Shown one piece after another: positions 1 through 9,608 of a stretch of DNA of 64,000 nucleotides. Below the pieces are notes generated by a model. It searched no databases. It worked only from the letters and a program-made list of their open reading frames with translations, and was not told the origin of the DNA. The number at the start of each line of letters is the position of its first letter. Position 1 is the stretch's first letter. This DNA comes from an uncultured Dehalococcoidaceae bacterium (GTDB taxonomy: Bacteria; Chloroflexota; Dehalococcoidia; Dehalococcoidales; RBG-16-60-22): NCBI GenBank assembly GCA_964493435.1, contig CAZBMB010000003.1, forward strand, positions 194,016-258,015, given 5' to 3'. The translations under genes and the position numbers were made by a program.

Positions 1-609
1 GGTCCTGCGCGCCGCCAATCACCAGGAGAGGGCAGGTAATACTGGAGGCGTCAACCTCGGTAACTCTATTGCGGTCAAGAATCCAGAGACCGATTTCAAA
101 CACCGTCCGCCCTGACTCAAATACCAGCTTGTCATACGTTGTTTTACGCTCCTCGGCAGGGAGCAGGTTCATCGTTGAGTAAGCAGCTTCCTTATAAGTC
201 TGCCGGCAGGGTTTGTGCCAGAAGCCCCACGTGGTCAGCACGCTCCAGACGCCTTTGAGGGAAGAAAGCTTTATGGCCAGAATGCCTCTCGGTGGTGCTG
301 GCGTCAGCAGAACCAGCGCTCTGGCCAGGCCCCGACTGCCCAGCATCTGGGCAAGCAGCCCGCCCATGGAGTGCCCCATGATAATCGGTGGCTGGTCGAG
401 TTTTTTGAGCTCATTCTCTAGGTCAGCGGCATAATCAAGCAGGCTGGTGCTGCCGAGCTTGGGATGTGGAGGTTCTTTCGGGTCCACGTCATGGAAGCGC
501 AGTGTCGGGGCGATACAGTGATATCCCCGGTCCTCAAAAAATCGCTGGTAATTTTCCCAGTACCAGCCGCCGCTCCACATCCCGTGAATCATAAAAATGG
601 TATGGCTCA
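1..609 (-). CDS. alpha/beta-fold hydrolase (C-terminus cut by window edge)
   Basis: Not in the ORF track because it runs off the window. Hand translation of the reverse strand from ATG at 609 gives MSHTIFMIHGMWSGGWYWENY...IIMGHSMGGLLAQ. It contains a GHSMGG nucleophile elbow. Confidence 0.75.
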
Positions 610-711
610 TTGTGCTTCAAGCGTTTTTTTATTATATTCGCCCGACGCATTATAATACAAGATGGTTAGCCGAAATGCCGCCCTTTTGAGTGTTAAGAAA
701 AAGGAGGAGAT

Positions 712-1122
712 ATGTCGGTAAAGGTCTATAATGGATGGGAATTTCCCGCGGTGAAGGTGGATCCACCGAGGGAGCGATACCTGAAGCTTATTGCCTGCCC
801 GGAGACGACAGGCTATGAGACGGCAACCGTGCTCTTTTCCCACATACCAGCCGGCAGCGGTACCGGCGCTCATACCCACCCTGACAGCGACGAGATAATG
901 TACTTTATCGGGCGCGGCGAGTGCCTGATGAACGGCAAAACGGTCAAGCTGGAGACGGACTCGGTCATCATCGCCCCCAAGGGCGTGGAGCATGAGTGCC
1001 GCAATACCAGCGAGACCGAAACGCTCAAAATATTCTGCGTTTACGTACCGCCGCTGAAGTTGAACGAGCTGTTAACCGGCCTGGCCTGGGAAACGAAGAA
1101 ATACCTGGGCGCTAAAAAATAG
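712..1122 (+). CDS. cupin-domain protein
   Basis: 136 aa. Two-motif cupin signature (GAHTHPDSDEIMYFIGRGE ... APKGVEHECRN). AAGGAGGAG RBS lies upstream of the ATG. Confidence 0.8.
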   Translation: MSVKVYNGWEFPAVKVDPPRERYLKLIACPETTGYETATVLFSHIPAGSGTGAHTHPDSDEIMYFIGRGECLMNGKTVKLETDSVIIAPKGVEHECRNTSETETLKIFCVYVPPLKLNELLTGLAWETKKYLGAKK

Positions 1123-1145
1123 AATAAAAAACTGTTGGTATAATT

Positions 1146-1598
1146 TCAGGCTTTAAGCGCTTCCGCCAGCCGCTCCAGGAAGAGCTCGCGGTTGTCCGGG
1201 GAGATGACGAAGTTCCAGCCGCGGTGGCGCACGATTTCCACGACGGTTCTTGTGGAAGTGGCGAAGCGGAGGCCATGATAGCCTAGGGCTTTTACCCCTG
1301 CCGCCGGGCGCGCCTCCTTTATCGTCAGTAGCGGAATATTCACGCTGAAAGGTCGCCCTAGGACGATTCTCATCCGGTCCGTCCATATCTGGTAGCGCTG
1401 CGGCAGGATGGCATAGAAGAGGAGGGCATCAAAGACGGTCACGCCGAAGCAAATCAGTGCCCCGGCCCAGTCAACGTAAAGCAGGTATACACCGAGGACC
1501 AGCGTGAGACCCAGAATACTGCCCAGGAGAAGCTTGAACCAAGGGTCATATCTGGCGGTATCTTCGTGTATAAGCTGGCTGTATTTGTCGTCGACCAT
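1146..1598 (-). CDS. small membrane protein with PH-like C-terminal domain (hypothetical)
   Basis: 150 aa. Two hydrophobic helices are followed by a soluble domain. Family assignment is from general resemblance only. Confidence 0.5.
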   Translation of the reverse strand: MVDDKYSQLIHEDTARYDPWFKLLLGSILGLTLVLGVYLLYVDWAGALICFGVTVFDALLFYAILPQRYQIWTDRMRIVLGRPFSVNIPLLTIKEARPAAGVKALGYHGLRFATSTRTVVEIVRHRGWNFVISPDNRELFLERLAEALKA

Positions 1599-1717
1599 TT
1601 TTTCTCAGATTAGTTTAACCTTACTGATGTTCCATGTCCAGTCTCGGCTTGACGGCCTTAATTCAATCGCATTACAATCAAGAGGTTTATTCCTTTAGTA
1701 GCAGTAAAGGAGGTAGT

Positions 1718-2830
1718 ATGGCAAGCGAAGTGCGAGTTGCCTGGGAGCCTTTGAAGGATTTTACCAGAGAGGTCTTCATCAAGATGGGCATGCCGCCGGA
1801 AGATGCCGAAACGGAGGCATTGGTGCTGAGCTGGGCTAACCGCCGGGGAGTTGACTCCCATGGTGTAGGGCTGATTCCTTGGTATGTGGAGAATATCGAC
1901 CGGGGGATAATGAACCCCAGGCCCGATATTAAGGTCTTGAAGGAGTCGCCGGCAACCCTATTCATTGAGGCTGACCGCTCTTTCGGGCCGGTGGTCACCG
2001 TTTTCGTGGTCAAGAAGGCGATAGAAAAGGCGAAGCGGGTGGGAGTATGCTGGGCAGCCATCCGCAATACCACCCATCAGGGTGCCATGGGCTACTACAC
2101 ACTGATGGCGGCGGAACAGGGAATGGCGGGAATAACCTGGGTATGCAATCCGCCGAATATGGCGCCGTTTGGCGCCAAAGCCGCTGGCATACATAACAGC
2201 CCTATAGCCATAACGGTACCGGCGAAACGGCATCGCCCACTGATGCTGGACATGGCTACCAGCATGGTCGCGGCGGGTAAAATCAACGTTGCCCTGGATA
2301 AGGGAATTCCGATACCTCAGGGCTGGGCGATTGACAAGGACGGCAACCCGGCTACCGACCCCAAAAAGGCGGCCGTGTTGCTCCCCTTCGGTGGTGCCAA
2401 GGGTTCCGGCCTGTCAATGATGTTTGAATGCCTCTCCAGCGTGATGATGGGTAATCCGATGCTGGGTCCAACACTGCAGGGTCGGGAACCAGGTCCGCCG
2501 CTGAAAGAGAAAAAAGTGAAGATAATCGGTGAGCGTCCGGGGCATGTTGTCCGCCATATCCAGAACAGCATTTTCATCGCTGTCGATATCGGCCAGTTCA
2601 CCGACCTGGAGCAGTATAAAGAGGATATCGACGAGATGATTGACGGTATCAAGGCGTTGCCCAAAGCCGATGGGTTTGATGAGATACTGGTACCCGGCGA
2701 GCCAGAATGTCGGACATACGAAGAGCGCTCCAAAAATGGGGTGCCATTGCCGACGCGCACCGCTCAGAATCTGCGTGAGGTCGCCAAACGACTCAGCGTT
2801 AAACTGCCGCGCGACCTTGAGGTAGGGTAA
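1718..2830 (+). CDS. Ldh_2-family (malate/L-lactate/sulfolactate-type) NAD(P)H 2-hydroxyacid dehydrogenase
   Basis: Start refined from 1634 to the ATG at 1718, preceded by AAAGGAGG. The N-terminus MASEVRV...ANRRGVDSHGVG is typical of the Ldh_2 family, which includes ComC, AllD and YiaK. Confidence 0.8.
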   Translation: MASEVRVAWEPLKDFTREVFIKMGMPPEDAETEALVLSWANRRGVDSHGVGLIPWYVENIDRGIMNPRPDIKVLKESPATLFIEADRSFGPVVTVFVVKKAIEKAKRVGVCWAAIRNTTHQGAMGYYTLMAAEQGMAGITWVCNPPNMAPFGAKAAGIHNSPIAITVPAKRHRPLMLDMATSMVAAGKINVALDKGIPIPQGWAIDKDGNPATDPKKAAVLLPFGGAKGSGLSMMFECLSSVMMGNPMLGPTLQGREPGPPLKEKKVKIIGERPGHVVRHIQNSIFIAVDIGQFTDLEQYKEDIDEMIDGIKALPKADGFDEILVPGEPECRTYEERSKNGVPLPTRTAQNLREVAKRLSVKLPRDLEVG

Positions 2831-2872
2831 TCTATCTGCCATTATGAATGGCAGCCGTCAGGATCAGGTGGT

Positions 2873-3181
2873 ATGGAAGCAAAAGAAAAGGCAGTGGTAC
2901 TGAACGAAAAGGACAACGTGGCCACCGCTCTGGCTGATTTGGAGTCGGGAAGCAGCGTCAAGGTTGATGCCGGCGGCAAAATGCTGACCGTGAAGCTGGC
3001 ATCGCGAATACCGTTTGGCCACAAGTTCAGTATAGCCCGCATGGAGGCTGGTGCTCCGGTAATCAAGTACGGTGAAGCCATCGGCAATGCCACCACCGTG
3101 ATTGACGCCGGCGACTATGTTCATGTGCACAACGTGGCGAGCACCAGGGGCAGCACCGGAAGCAAAAGGAGTGCCGGATGA
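2873..3181 (+). CDS. UxaA/SuyA-type dehydratase small (SAF-domain) subunit
   Basis: 102 aa. GHKFSIARMEAGAPVIKYGEAIGNATTVIDAGDYVHVHN matches the N-terminal SAF module of altronate dehydratase. It overlaps the next ORF by 4 nt. Confidence 0.8.
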   Translation: MEAKEKAVVLNEKDNVATALADLESGSSVKVDAGGKMLTVKLASRIPFGHKFSIARMEAGAPVIKYGEAIGNATTVIDAGDYVHVHNVASTRGSTGSKRSAG

Positions 3182-4335
3182 GTTTCTTGGGTTATCCCCG
3201 TGCCGATGGTTCGGTAGGGGTGCGCAATTACGTTGGCGTTATCTCCACCGTCGGCTGTGCCAATGACGTGGCTCACTGGATTGCGCGGCAAATCAAGGGG
3301 ACGGCGCCTCTTCTCCACCAGGCCGGCTGCGGTCAGCTGCTGCCGGACCTTGAAATCGCCACGCGCACGCTCAGTTCCGTCGGCCAGAACCCCAATCTGG
3401 CTGGCGTCCTGCTGGTCAGTCTGGGCTGCGAAGGGACTGATGTTGAGCGTGTTGAGAAGGAGATTGCCGCCACCGGCAGGCCGGTGAAGAAGGTGGTCAT
3501 TCAGAAGGCCGGGGCAACGGTGGCTCTGAATGAGGGGCTGCTTATCGCTCAGGAGCTGGTCAGCGAGGCTTCTCAAGTAAAGCCCCGGGAATTTGATGAT
3601 TCCCAGCTCGTTATCGGCGTGAAGTGCGGCGGCTCGGATACCACCTCGGGACTGGCTTCAAATCCGGCGGCTGGTGCTGCCTGCGACATAGTGGTTGATA
3701 ACGGCGGCACCTGCATTTTCGGTGAGACAACGGAGTTCCTTGGTGCCGAGCATATTCTGGCGCGGCGCGCGGTCAATAAGAAAGTGGCGGATAAAATACT
3801 CAAAATCGTTGATGAAATGGAAAAGCGGGCGAAGGCGAGCGGGGGCGATATGCGTGGGGGTAACCCGAGTGCCGGCAATATCGCTGGTGGGCTGAGCTCT
3901 ATTGAGGAAAAATCGCTGGGCGCCATTGTCAAGGGTGGTACCAGACCGATACAGGACGTCTATAACTATGGGGAGCGAGTCAGGGGAAAGGGGCTGTTCA
4001 TCGTCGATTCTCCGGGGCGCGAGCCAGAGTTCCTGACCGCGCTGGCCGCTGCCGGCGCCCAGGTTGCCCTTTTCTCAACGGGCCTGGGAGTGCCTCAGGG
4101 GTTTCCCTTTATGCCGGTAATCAAGATAACGGGCAATCCGGTTACCTTCCAGCGCCTGCCCGACCATATCGATATGCTGGTTGATATGACGGCGGGGAAA
4201 GGCTCCGGGCTTAAAGCCAGCGGTGAAAAACTATACCGGGAAGTGCTGGCGGTTGCCTCCGGCAAGCAGACCAAGGCGGAGATACTGGGCTACGGCAACT
4301 TCTGCGGCCTCTACACGCTCGGCCCGATTGTCTAG
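3178..4335 (+). CDS. UxaA/SuyB-type dehydratase large subunit
   Basis: 385 aa. Motifs GVRNYVGVIS, VKCGGSDTTSG and GNIAGGLSSIEEKSLGA match the UxaA C-terminal catalytic region. Confidence 0.8.
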   Translation: MSFLGYPRADGSVGVRNYVGVISTVGCANDVAHWIARQIKGTAPLLHQAGCGQLLPDLEIATRTLSSVGQNPNLAGVLLVSLGCEGTDVERVEKEIAATGRPVKKVVIQKAGATVALNEGLLIAQELVSEASQVKPREFDDSQLVIGVKCGGSDTTSGLASNPAAGAACDIVVDNGGTCIFGETTEFLGAEHILARRAVNKKVADKILKIVDEMEKRAKASGGDMRGGNPSAGNIAGGLSSIEEKSLGAIVKGGTRPIQDVYNYGERVRGKGLFIVDSPGREPEFLTALAAAGAQVALFSTGLGVPQGFPFMPVIKITGNPVTFQRLPDHIDMLVDMTAGKGSGLKASGEKLYREVLAVASGKQTKAEILGYGNFCGLYTLGPIV

Positions 4336-4811
4336 ACGAGCCCGATATTCAGGCCGAGTATACTCCACACCAGCGTCAGAACGATGCCCACTCCCAGCAG
4401 GCAGCCGCTCATTTTACCCATGGAAGCGCTCAGCGGCGTTCTGGCCTCTTCAATACCGTACTTCCGCAAATACTGGGCCACTTTACCTTCGCCGAGACCG
4501 GCGAAACCATCGGTGATGGCATCACCCACCGCCCCGCCCACAATTGCCCCCAGCACACCGGCGAAGCTGGCGCCGACCAGTGCCGCGATGCCCAGTATGC
4601 CGGTATCAATGGCACCGAAGACAATATCGGCGCCCACCGACTTTATCGGCCGGCCGGACAATTTCAGTGGCGCCCAGGGTAAAAAGCCGAGCAGAATGAT
4701 GGCCGGGCCGATAAAGCGCACGTGGTAAATGGTGAACGCTATGACGCCCACAATGACAATGGAAATGACGAGGACGCTGACAAACGCGGGCATGAATTTC
4801 TGGTCTCTCAT
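4332..4811 (-). CDS. small polytopic membrane protein (hypothetical)
   Basis: The track ORF 4332..5435 is over-extended; its N-terminal 200 aa are low-complexity antisense of the OFOR gamma gene. A plausible start is the ATG at 4811 (MRDQKFMPAFVSVLV...), with AAAGGAG upstream. The product is Gly-rich with TM helices. Confidence 0.55.
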   Translation of the reverse strand: MRDQKFMPAFVSVLVISIVIVGVIAFTIYHVRFIGPAIILLGFLPWAPLKLSGRPIKSVGADIVFGAIDTGILGIAALVGASFAGVLGAIVGGAVGDAITDGFAGLGEGKVAQYLRKYGIEEARTPLSASMGKMSGCLLGVGIVLTLVWSILGLNIGLV

Positions 4812-4941
4812 TTTAATCAACACTCCTTTCGCTGCCGTCAGACGGTGGTATCGGGGACCCTTCCCAGAGTGTAAAACATATCCGTATTGATGGCAACACC
4901 ACTTTTTGCTGACCGGCGACGCTGTGCTATAATGGGCTGGA

Positions 4942-5508
4942 ATGAACCAGAAAGGGCATCTTGAAGAGGTGCGCTGGCACGGGCGGGGCGGGCAGGGGGC
5001 GGTCCTTGGCGCCAGTATGCTGGGCTGCGCCGCCGCCCTGTATGAAGGCAAATACGCGGTATCATTCCCCAGCTTTGGCGCGGAACGTCGTGGTGCTCCC
5101 GTGCAGGCATTCACCCGCATCAGCGACCGTGCCATACGGACCCGCAGCCAGATATACCACCCGACGATAATAATTGTGCTTGATGATAGTCTGCTTGATG
5201 TGGTTAACATAACGGATGGCGCCCGCGATGGGACCACCATTCTTATCAACACGCGTAAAGCCAGAGGGCAGTTAAAAAAGATTCCGGATAATCTCAATGT
5301 TGCCTGCGTGGATGCTACGGCAATAGCGCGGGAGCATATCGGGGTGGCCATCGTCAATACCGCTATGCTGGGTGCTCTGGCCGGCGTTACCGGCATCGTG
5401 AGCCTGGATTCGATAAAGAAAGCCATCGCCGGCACGTTGCCGCAGAGGGTTGTCGAGCGTAATATCGCCGCCGCTGAGGCTGCCTACCAGAAAGCAAAGG
5501 GTAAATGA
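4942..5508 (+). CDS. 2-oxoacid:ferredoxin oxidoreductase, gamma subunit
   Basis: 188 aa. RWHGRGGQGAV...SFPSFGAERRGAP is typical of POR/VOR gamma. It is the first of four overlapping genes. Confidence 0.85.
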   Translation: MNQKGHLEEVRWHGRGGQGAVLGASMLGCAAALYEGKYAVSFPSFGAERRGAPVQAFTRISDRAIRTRSQIYHPTIIIVLDDSLLDVVNITDGARDGTTILINTRKARGQLKKIPDNLNVACVDATAIAREHIGVAIVNTAMLGALAGVTGIVSLDSIKKAIAGTLPQRVVERNIAAAEAAYQKAKGK

Positions 5509-5777
5509 AGAAGGAAAAGTCAATCCCGGGGCCGGTACAGAAAGCCGGGACCAGACCAACCAGAATGGGCACCTGGAGCACAGTCAAGCCCGTGCTGAAG
5601 GGGAAGTGCACCTTCTGTCTGTTCTGCTGGGTCTTTTGCCCCGAGGGGGCTATCATCCAGGACGAGGCAAACCGTAAGGTGCGGTTCGATTTTGAGGACT
5701 GCAAGGGCTGCGGTATCTGCGCTAGGGAATGTCCCACCAAAGCCATAGAGATGGTCGAACCGGAAGGTGACAGTTAA
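5505..5777 (+). CDS. 2-oxoacid:ferredoxin oxidoreductase, delta (2x[4Fe-4S] ferredoxin) subunit
   Basis: 90 aa. Two CxxCxxCxxxCP motifs (CTFCLFCWVFCP, CKGCGICARECP). Confidence 0.85.
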   Translation: MKKEKSIPGPVQKAGTRPTRMGTWSTVKPVLKGKCTFCLFCWVFCPEGAIIQDEANRKVRFDFEDCKGCGICARECPTKAIEMVEPEGDS

Positions 5778-6955
5778 TGACGGCCAAAATGCCGGTTAAG
5801 AAATACATAACGGCCAATGAGGCGGTCGCCCAGGCGGCCAAACTGGCCCACGTTGATGTGGTCGCGGCTTATCCCATTACCCCGCAGACCAGCATCGTGG
5901 AGAAGATAGCCCAGTATATCGCCGATGGTGAAATGGACGCTGACTACCTCAAGGTGGAGTCAGAACACTCGGCGCTGACGGCATGCATGGGGGCCCGGAT
6001 GGCGGGAGTACGCGCCTTCACCTCCACTTCATCCCAGGGCCTGGAGTATATGCATGAGATGCTGGCCTACGTCGCCGGTGGGCGGTATCCGCTGGTTCTG
6101 GTCAACGTCTGTCGCTCGGTGGCGCTGCCCTGGAGTATCTGGGGAGACCAGCAGGACGCCATCCAGCAGCGGGATACGGGCTGGATTCAAATTTTCACCG
6201 AGACCGGTCAGGAAGCACTGGACATGGTGCTTCAGGCGTACCGTATCGCTGAGGACCACCGTGTACTGCTGCCGGTGATGGTCTGCCTGGACGCGTTCAT
6301 CCAGTCGCACACCGAGGAGCTGGTGGAAATTCCCGACCAGAAAATGGTGGACTCTTTCCTGCCGCCATATGATGCAGTGGTTACCCTGGACGTGGACAAT
6401 CCTCACTCAATATCCGTCGGAGGCTTCGGCCGGCAATATGCGCACTGGCGCGCGGAACAGCAGGAGGCGGCGGAGAAGGCGCAGGAGATAATCGTTGAGG
6501 TGGGAGATGAATTTGCCCGTGTCTTCGGTCGCCATTACGGTGGGCTGATTGAGGAATATCGCTGCGACGGTGCGGAGGCGCTGCTGGTGGCCCTGGGGGC
6601 GTGCACTGGCACCGCCCGCGACGTGGTTGATGAAATGCGTGACGAGGGAAAATCAGTAGGTCTGGTCAAGGTAAGAGCATACCGACCCTTCCCCGTGGAG
6701 TCTTTGCGGAAGGCCATCTCGCCGGTGAAAGCGGCGGCGGTTCTGGACCGAGACTGTTCCTGGGGCTATGAAGGGGCGCTGGCCACCGATTTGAAAGGCG
6801 CCCTGTATGGCCTGTCGGACCCGCCGGCGGTGCTCAACTTCATCGGCGGGCTGGGCGGGGCTGATGTGCCGCCGGAGCGGATGAGATACATGCTGGAGAA
6901 GGCGTTGGCAGCGAAAAGAGGAGACACACCGCATCTGGAGTTTATTGACCGATGA
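5777..6955 (+). CDS. 2-oxoacid:ferredoxin oxidoreductase, alpha subunit
   Basis: 392 aa. The N-terminus ...GNEAVAQAA..VDVVAAYPITPQT is typical of POR/VOR alpha. Confidence 0.85.
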   Translation: MTAKMPVKKYITANEAVAQAAKLAHVDVVAAYPITPQTSIVEKIAQYIADGEMDADYLKVESEHSALTACMGARMAGVRAFTSTSSQGLEYMHEMLAYVAGGRYPLVLVNVCRSVALPWSIWGDQQDAIQQRDTGWIQIFTETGQEALDMVLQAYRIAEDHRVLLPVMVCLDAFIQSHTEELVEIPDQKMVDSFLPPYDAVVTLDVDNPHSISVGGFGRQYAHWRAEQQEAAEKAQEIIVEVGDEFARVFGRHYGGLIEEYRCDGAEALLVALGACTGTARDVVDEMRDEGKSVGLVKVRAYRPFPVESLRKAISPVKAAAVLDRDCSWGYEGALATDLKGALYGLSDPPAVLNFIGGLGGADVPPERMRYMLEKALAAKRGDTPHLEFIDR

Positions 6956-7803
6956 AGCTTAAGGATATAGACAAGAAGGAATATTACCAGTCTGCCTATG
7001 GCTGTGCCGGCTGTGGTTCCGTCCTGGCGGCGCGCCTGACCATAAAAGTGCTGGGCAGGAACAGCGTTTATGTGGTACCGGCCAACTGTATCAGCACCGT
7101 GTCCTGCTATTACCCGCAGGCTCCGTTCTTCGTGCCGTTCACGGTGATGGCCTTTGCCGCCACCGGGGCCGCCTGTTCCGGCATCAGCGCTGGCTTCAAG
7201 AGAAGGGGGCGGGAGGATATCCATGTCGTCGGTTTCTCCGGAGATGGCGGTACCGCGGACATCGGTATTCAGGCGTTATCTGGCGCCATTGATTGCGGCA
7301 CCAAGTTCATCTACATCTGCTATGATAATGAGGCTTACATGAACACCGGCATCCAGAGGAGCGGCCTGACTCCTTATGGAGCTACCACCAGCACCACCCC
7401 GAGCTCGTGCTTTGAAAACAGGCCCAAGAAAGACATGCTGCGCATCGTGGCGGCGCATGATATCCCCTATGCCGCCACCGCCTGCACTTCCTACCCGCTG
7501 GACTACATGGAAAAGGTGGTCAAGGCGAGCCGGGTAAACGGCCCCACTTATATTCATGTTTTAACGCCGTGCCCCACAGGCTGGGGTTTTGCCCCTGATG
7601 AGACGATTGAAATCGGGCGCATGGCGGTGGAGAGCGGTGTCTGGAAGCTGGTGGAGTTTGAAAATGGCCAGTTCCACACCACCTATACCCCGAAGCGCAC
7701 GGTACCGGTATCTGAATACCTGGCTGCCCAGACCAGATTCCGCCACCTCAGCCCGGAGCAAATTGCCGCCATCCAGAAAGAGATAGACGCCTCCCGCGGT
7801 TAA
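6952..7803 (+). CDS. 2-oxoacid:ferredoxin oxidoreductase, beta (TPP/FeS) subunit
   Basis: 283 aa. CAGCG motif and TPP-binding GFSGDGGTADIG...YDNEAYMNTG. Confidence 0.85.
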   Translation: MKLKDIDKKEYYQSAYGCAGCGSVLAARLTIKVLGRNSVYVVPANCISTVSCYYPQAPFFVPFTVMAFAATGAACSGISAGFKRRGREDIHVVGFSGDGGTADIGIQALSGAIDCGTKFIYICYDNEAYMNTGIQRSGLTPYGATTSTTPSSCFENRPKKDMLRIVAAHDIPYAATACTSYPLDYMEKVVKASRVNGPTYIHVLTPCPTGWGFAPDETIEIGRMAVESGVWKLVEFENGQFHTTYTPKRTVPVSEYLAAQTRFRHLSPEQIAAIQKEIDASRG

Positions 7804-7837
7804 ATTCAGAACATTCTAGCGCTAAAGGAGCCATCAT

Positions 7838-8347
7838 ATGGACGCTATGGAAGCTATTTTATCCCGGAGAAGCATTCGCCGTTATACTGATAAACCAGTT
7901 CCGGAGGAAGTCATCACCGAGCTTTTGAAAGCGGCGATGAGTGCGCCCTCGGCCAGTAATGAGCAGCCGTGGCAGTTCGTAATTATAGATGACCGCCGCA
8001 TCCTTGATGAAATCCCCAAGTTTCATCCCTATGCTCATATGCTGAAGGAGGCTTCATGGGCAATCGCTGTCTGCGGGGACTTGAACCAGGAAATGGTAAG
8101 CGGCTACTGGGTACAGGACTGCTCCGCCGCCACGCAGAATATTCTGGTTGCGGCCAATGCCATGGGGTTGGGGGCGGTGTGGCTGGGCGTTTTCCCCCGC
8201 GAAGAAAGAGCGAAGACAGCGCAGAAACTGCTCGGGCTTCCCGAGCACGTGATGCCTCTGTGTTTCATATCAATCGGCTATCCAGCCGAGAAAAAACCGC
8301 CGTCCAATCGGTACGACGAGTCAAGAGTCCACCGCAACCACTGGTGA
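7838..8347 (+). CDS. nitroreductase-family flavoprotein
   Basis: 169 aa. RRSIRRYTDKPV...APSASNEQPW signature. Confidence 0.8.
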   Translation: MDAMEAILSRRSIRRYTDKPVPEEVITELLKAAMSAPSASNEQPWQFVIIDDRRILDEIPKFHPYAHMLKEASWAIAVCGDLNQEMVSGYWVQDCSAATQNILVAANAMGLGAVWLGVFPREERAKTAQKLLGLPEHVMPLCFISIGYPAEKKPPSNRYDESRVHRNHW

Positions 8348-8357
8348 ACCTGCCTGA

Positions 8358-9572
8358 CTATGAAATCAGATTGACCGGGTCTTCGGCATATTCCTTCACT
8401 GTCTGCAGAAACTGAGCGCCGAGGGCGCCATCCAGAACGCGGTGGTCAATGCTCAAGGTCAGGTTCATAATCGGCCTGATGACCATCTCGCCTTTGTGCG
8501 CCACTACTTTCTCGGTAATTCGGCCCACGGCCAGAATCGCCGCCTCCGGCGGCTGGATGATGGCGCTGAACTGGTCAATATTGTACATGCCCATATTGGA
8601 GATGGTGAAAGTGCTGCCGGTCATCTCTTCTTTGGCGAGGCTGCGGTCTCTTGCCTTCTGCACCAGTTCGGCACGGACCTGAGCGATTTCAGCCAGAGAC
8701 TTCCTGTTGGCATCCCTGACGACGGGCACCATCAGGCCGCCTTCCACCGATGTCACCAGACCGATGTCAATCCGCTTGAGCAGTTTCATCGAGCCGTCGG
8801 CGTAGGCACAGTTAATGGCCGGATTTCTCTCCAGCGCTTTGGCGGCAATCTTGATAATCAGGTCGGTCAGTGTCAGCCTGACCCCGGCCTTGCTCTCAAT
8901 TATCGGCAGCAACTGCTGACGGGTTTTCTGCAATTCCTGAGTATCGACTTCTACGGTGAGGTAGAAATGTGGCGTCTGGAAGCTCTCCACCATACGGCGG
9001 GCGATTACCTCACGCATGGTGGACAGGGGGACAATCTCTTCCTCGCCTTTCGCTGCGACCTCAACGGGAGCTGGTGCCGCAGGAGTTTTACCTTCTTCGG
9101 CAAACTTGAGCACGTCTTCCCTGGTGATTCTGCCGCCCGGTCCGGTCCCGGTTACCAGGCTCAGGTCAACATTATGCTCTCTGGCGATGTTTCTGGCCAG
9201 CGGTGAGGCTTTAACCTCCTTCGGTTCCCTGGCCGCTTTCGGCGCTGCCGCTTTGGCTTCAGCCTCCGGCTTTACCTCTTTCGTCTCTTTTGCTTCCGCT
9301 TTGACCGGTGTCTCAGCCTCGGGTGCTTCCTCACCGGGCTGCAGGATATAGGCGATGGTGGTGCCGATTGGCACCTCATCACCCGCCTGGGCCGTGACCT
9401 TGCTCAGGATACCTGAGGCCTCGGCTTCAAGCTCAAAGGAGGTCTTTTCGCTCTCAATCTCAAGAATGATTTCGCCTTTCTCCACGCGGTCGCCCTCATT
9501 CTTGAGCCAGCGGACGATTTTACCGCTGGTCATTGCCTCATCAAGTTTAGGGAAGATTATGGCCACAGCCAT
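8358..9572 (-). CDS. dihydrolipoamide acyltransferase (E2) of a 2-oxoacid dehydrogenase complex
   Basis: 404 aa. Lipoyl domain (EIESEKTSFELEA), Ala/Pro/Glu/Lys linker, E3-binding segment and catalytic DHRVLDG. Confidence 0.9.
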   Translation of the reverse strand: MAVAIIFPKLDEAMTSGKIVRWLKNEGDRVEKGEIILEIESEKTSFELEAEASGILSKVTAQAGDEVPIGTTIAYILQPGEEAPEAETPVKAEAKETKEVKPEAEAKAAAPKAAREPKEVKASPLARNIAREHNVDLSLVTGTGPGGRITREDVLKFAEEGKTPAAPAPVEVAAKGEEEIVPLSTMREVIARRMVESFQTPHFYLTVEVDTQELQKTRQQLLPIIESKAGVRLTLTDLIIKIAAKALERNPAINCAYADGSMKLLKRIDIGLVTSVEGGLMVPVVRDANRKSLAEIAQVRAELVQKARDRSLAKEEMTGSTFTISNMGMYNIDQFSAIIQPPEAAILAVGRITEKVVAHKGEMVIRPIMNLTLSIDHRVLDGALGAQFLQTVKEYAEDPVNLIS

Positions 9573-9608
9573 ACTATTACCTCCGATATTGCTCCGTAGC
9601 TGGATAGC

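Noticed and set aside
1634-1717. The upstream start (1634) for the Ldh_2 gene and similar longest-ORF starts. Examples: 30961 cyclase, 40593 MarR, 42083 kinase, 44610 tandem REC, 54423 rnc, 39601 GFO, 11599 E1alpha
   Set aside because: In each case an internal ATG sits 6-9 nt downstream of a GGAGG-type RBS and coincides with the family's usual N-terminus. The longer versions add non-conserved leader residues or overlap promoters and tRNA genes.
4332-5435. 367-aa ORF on the minus strand spanning the suyB-like/OFOR gap and the OFOR gamma gene
   Set aside because: Its N-terminal roughly 200 aa are low-complexity Arg/Ser/Pro-rich antisense translation of the well-supported OFOR gamma gene. Only the C-terminal roughly 159 aa (from the ATG at 4811, with an RBS) look like a real membrane protein.
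8442-9206. Long antisense/alternate-frame ORFs in the track. Examples: 8442-9206, 12146-12850, 14413-15402, 16932-17612, 27709-28569, 30034-30921, 37613-38197, 60298-61077, 62432-63136
   Set aside because: Each lies opposite or out of frame to a gene with clear family motifs. Their compositions are Arg/Gly/His/Ala-rich and low-complexity, typical of high-GC shadow ORFs, and none has a convincing RBS.
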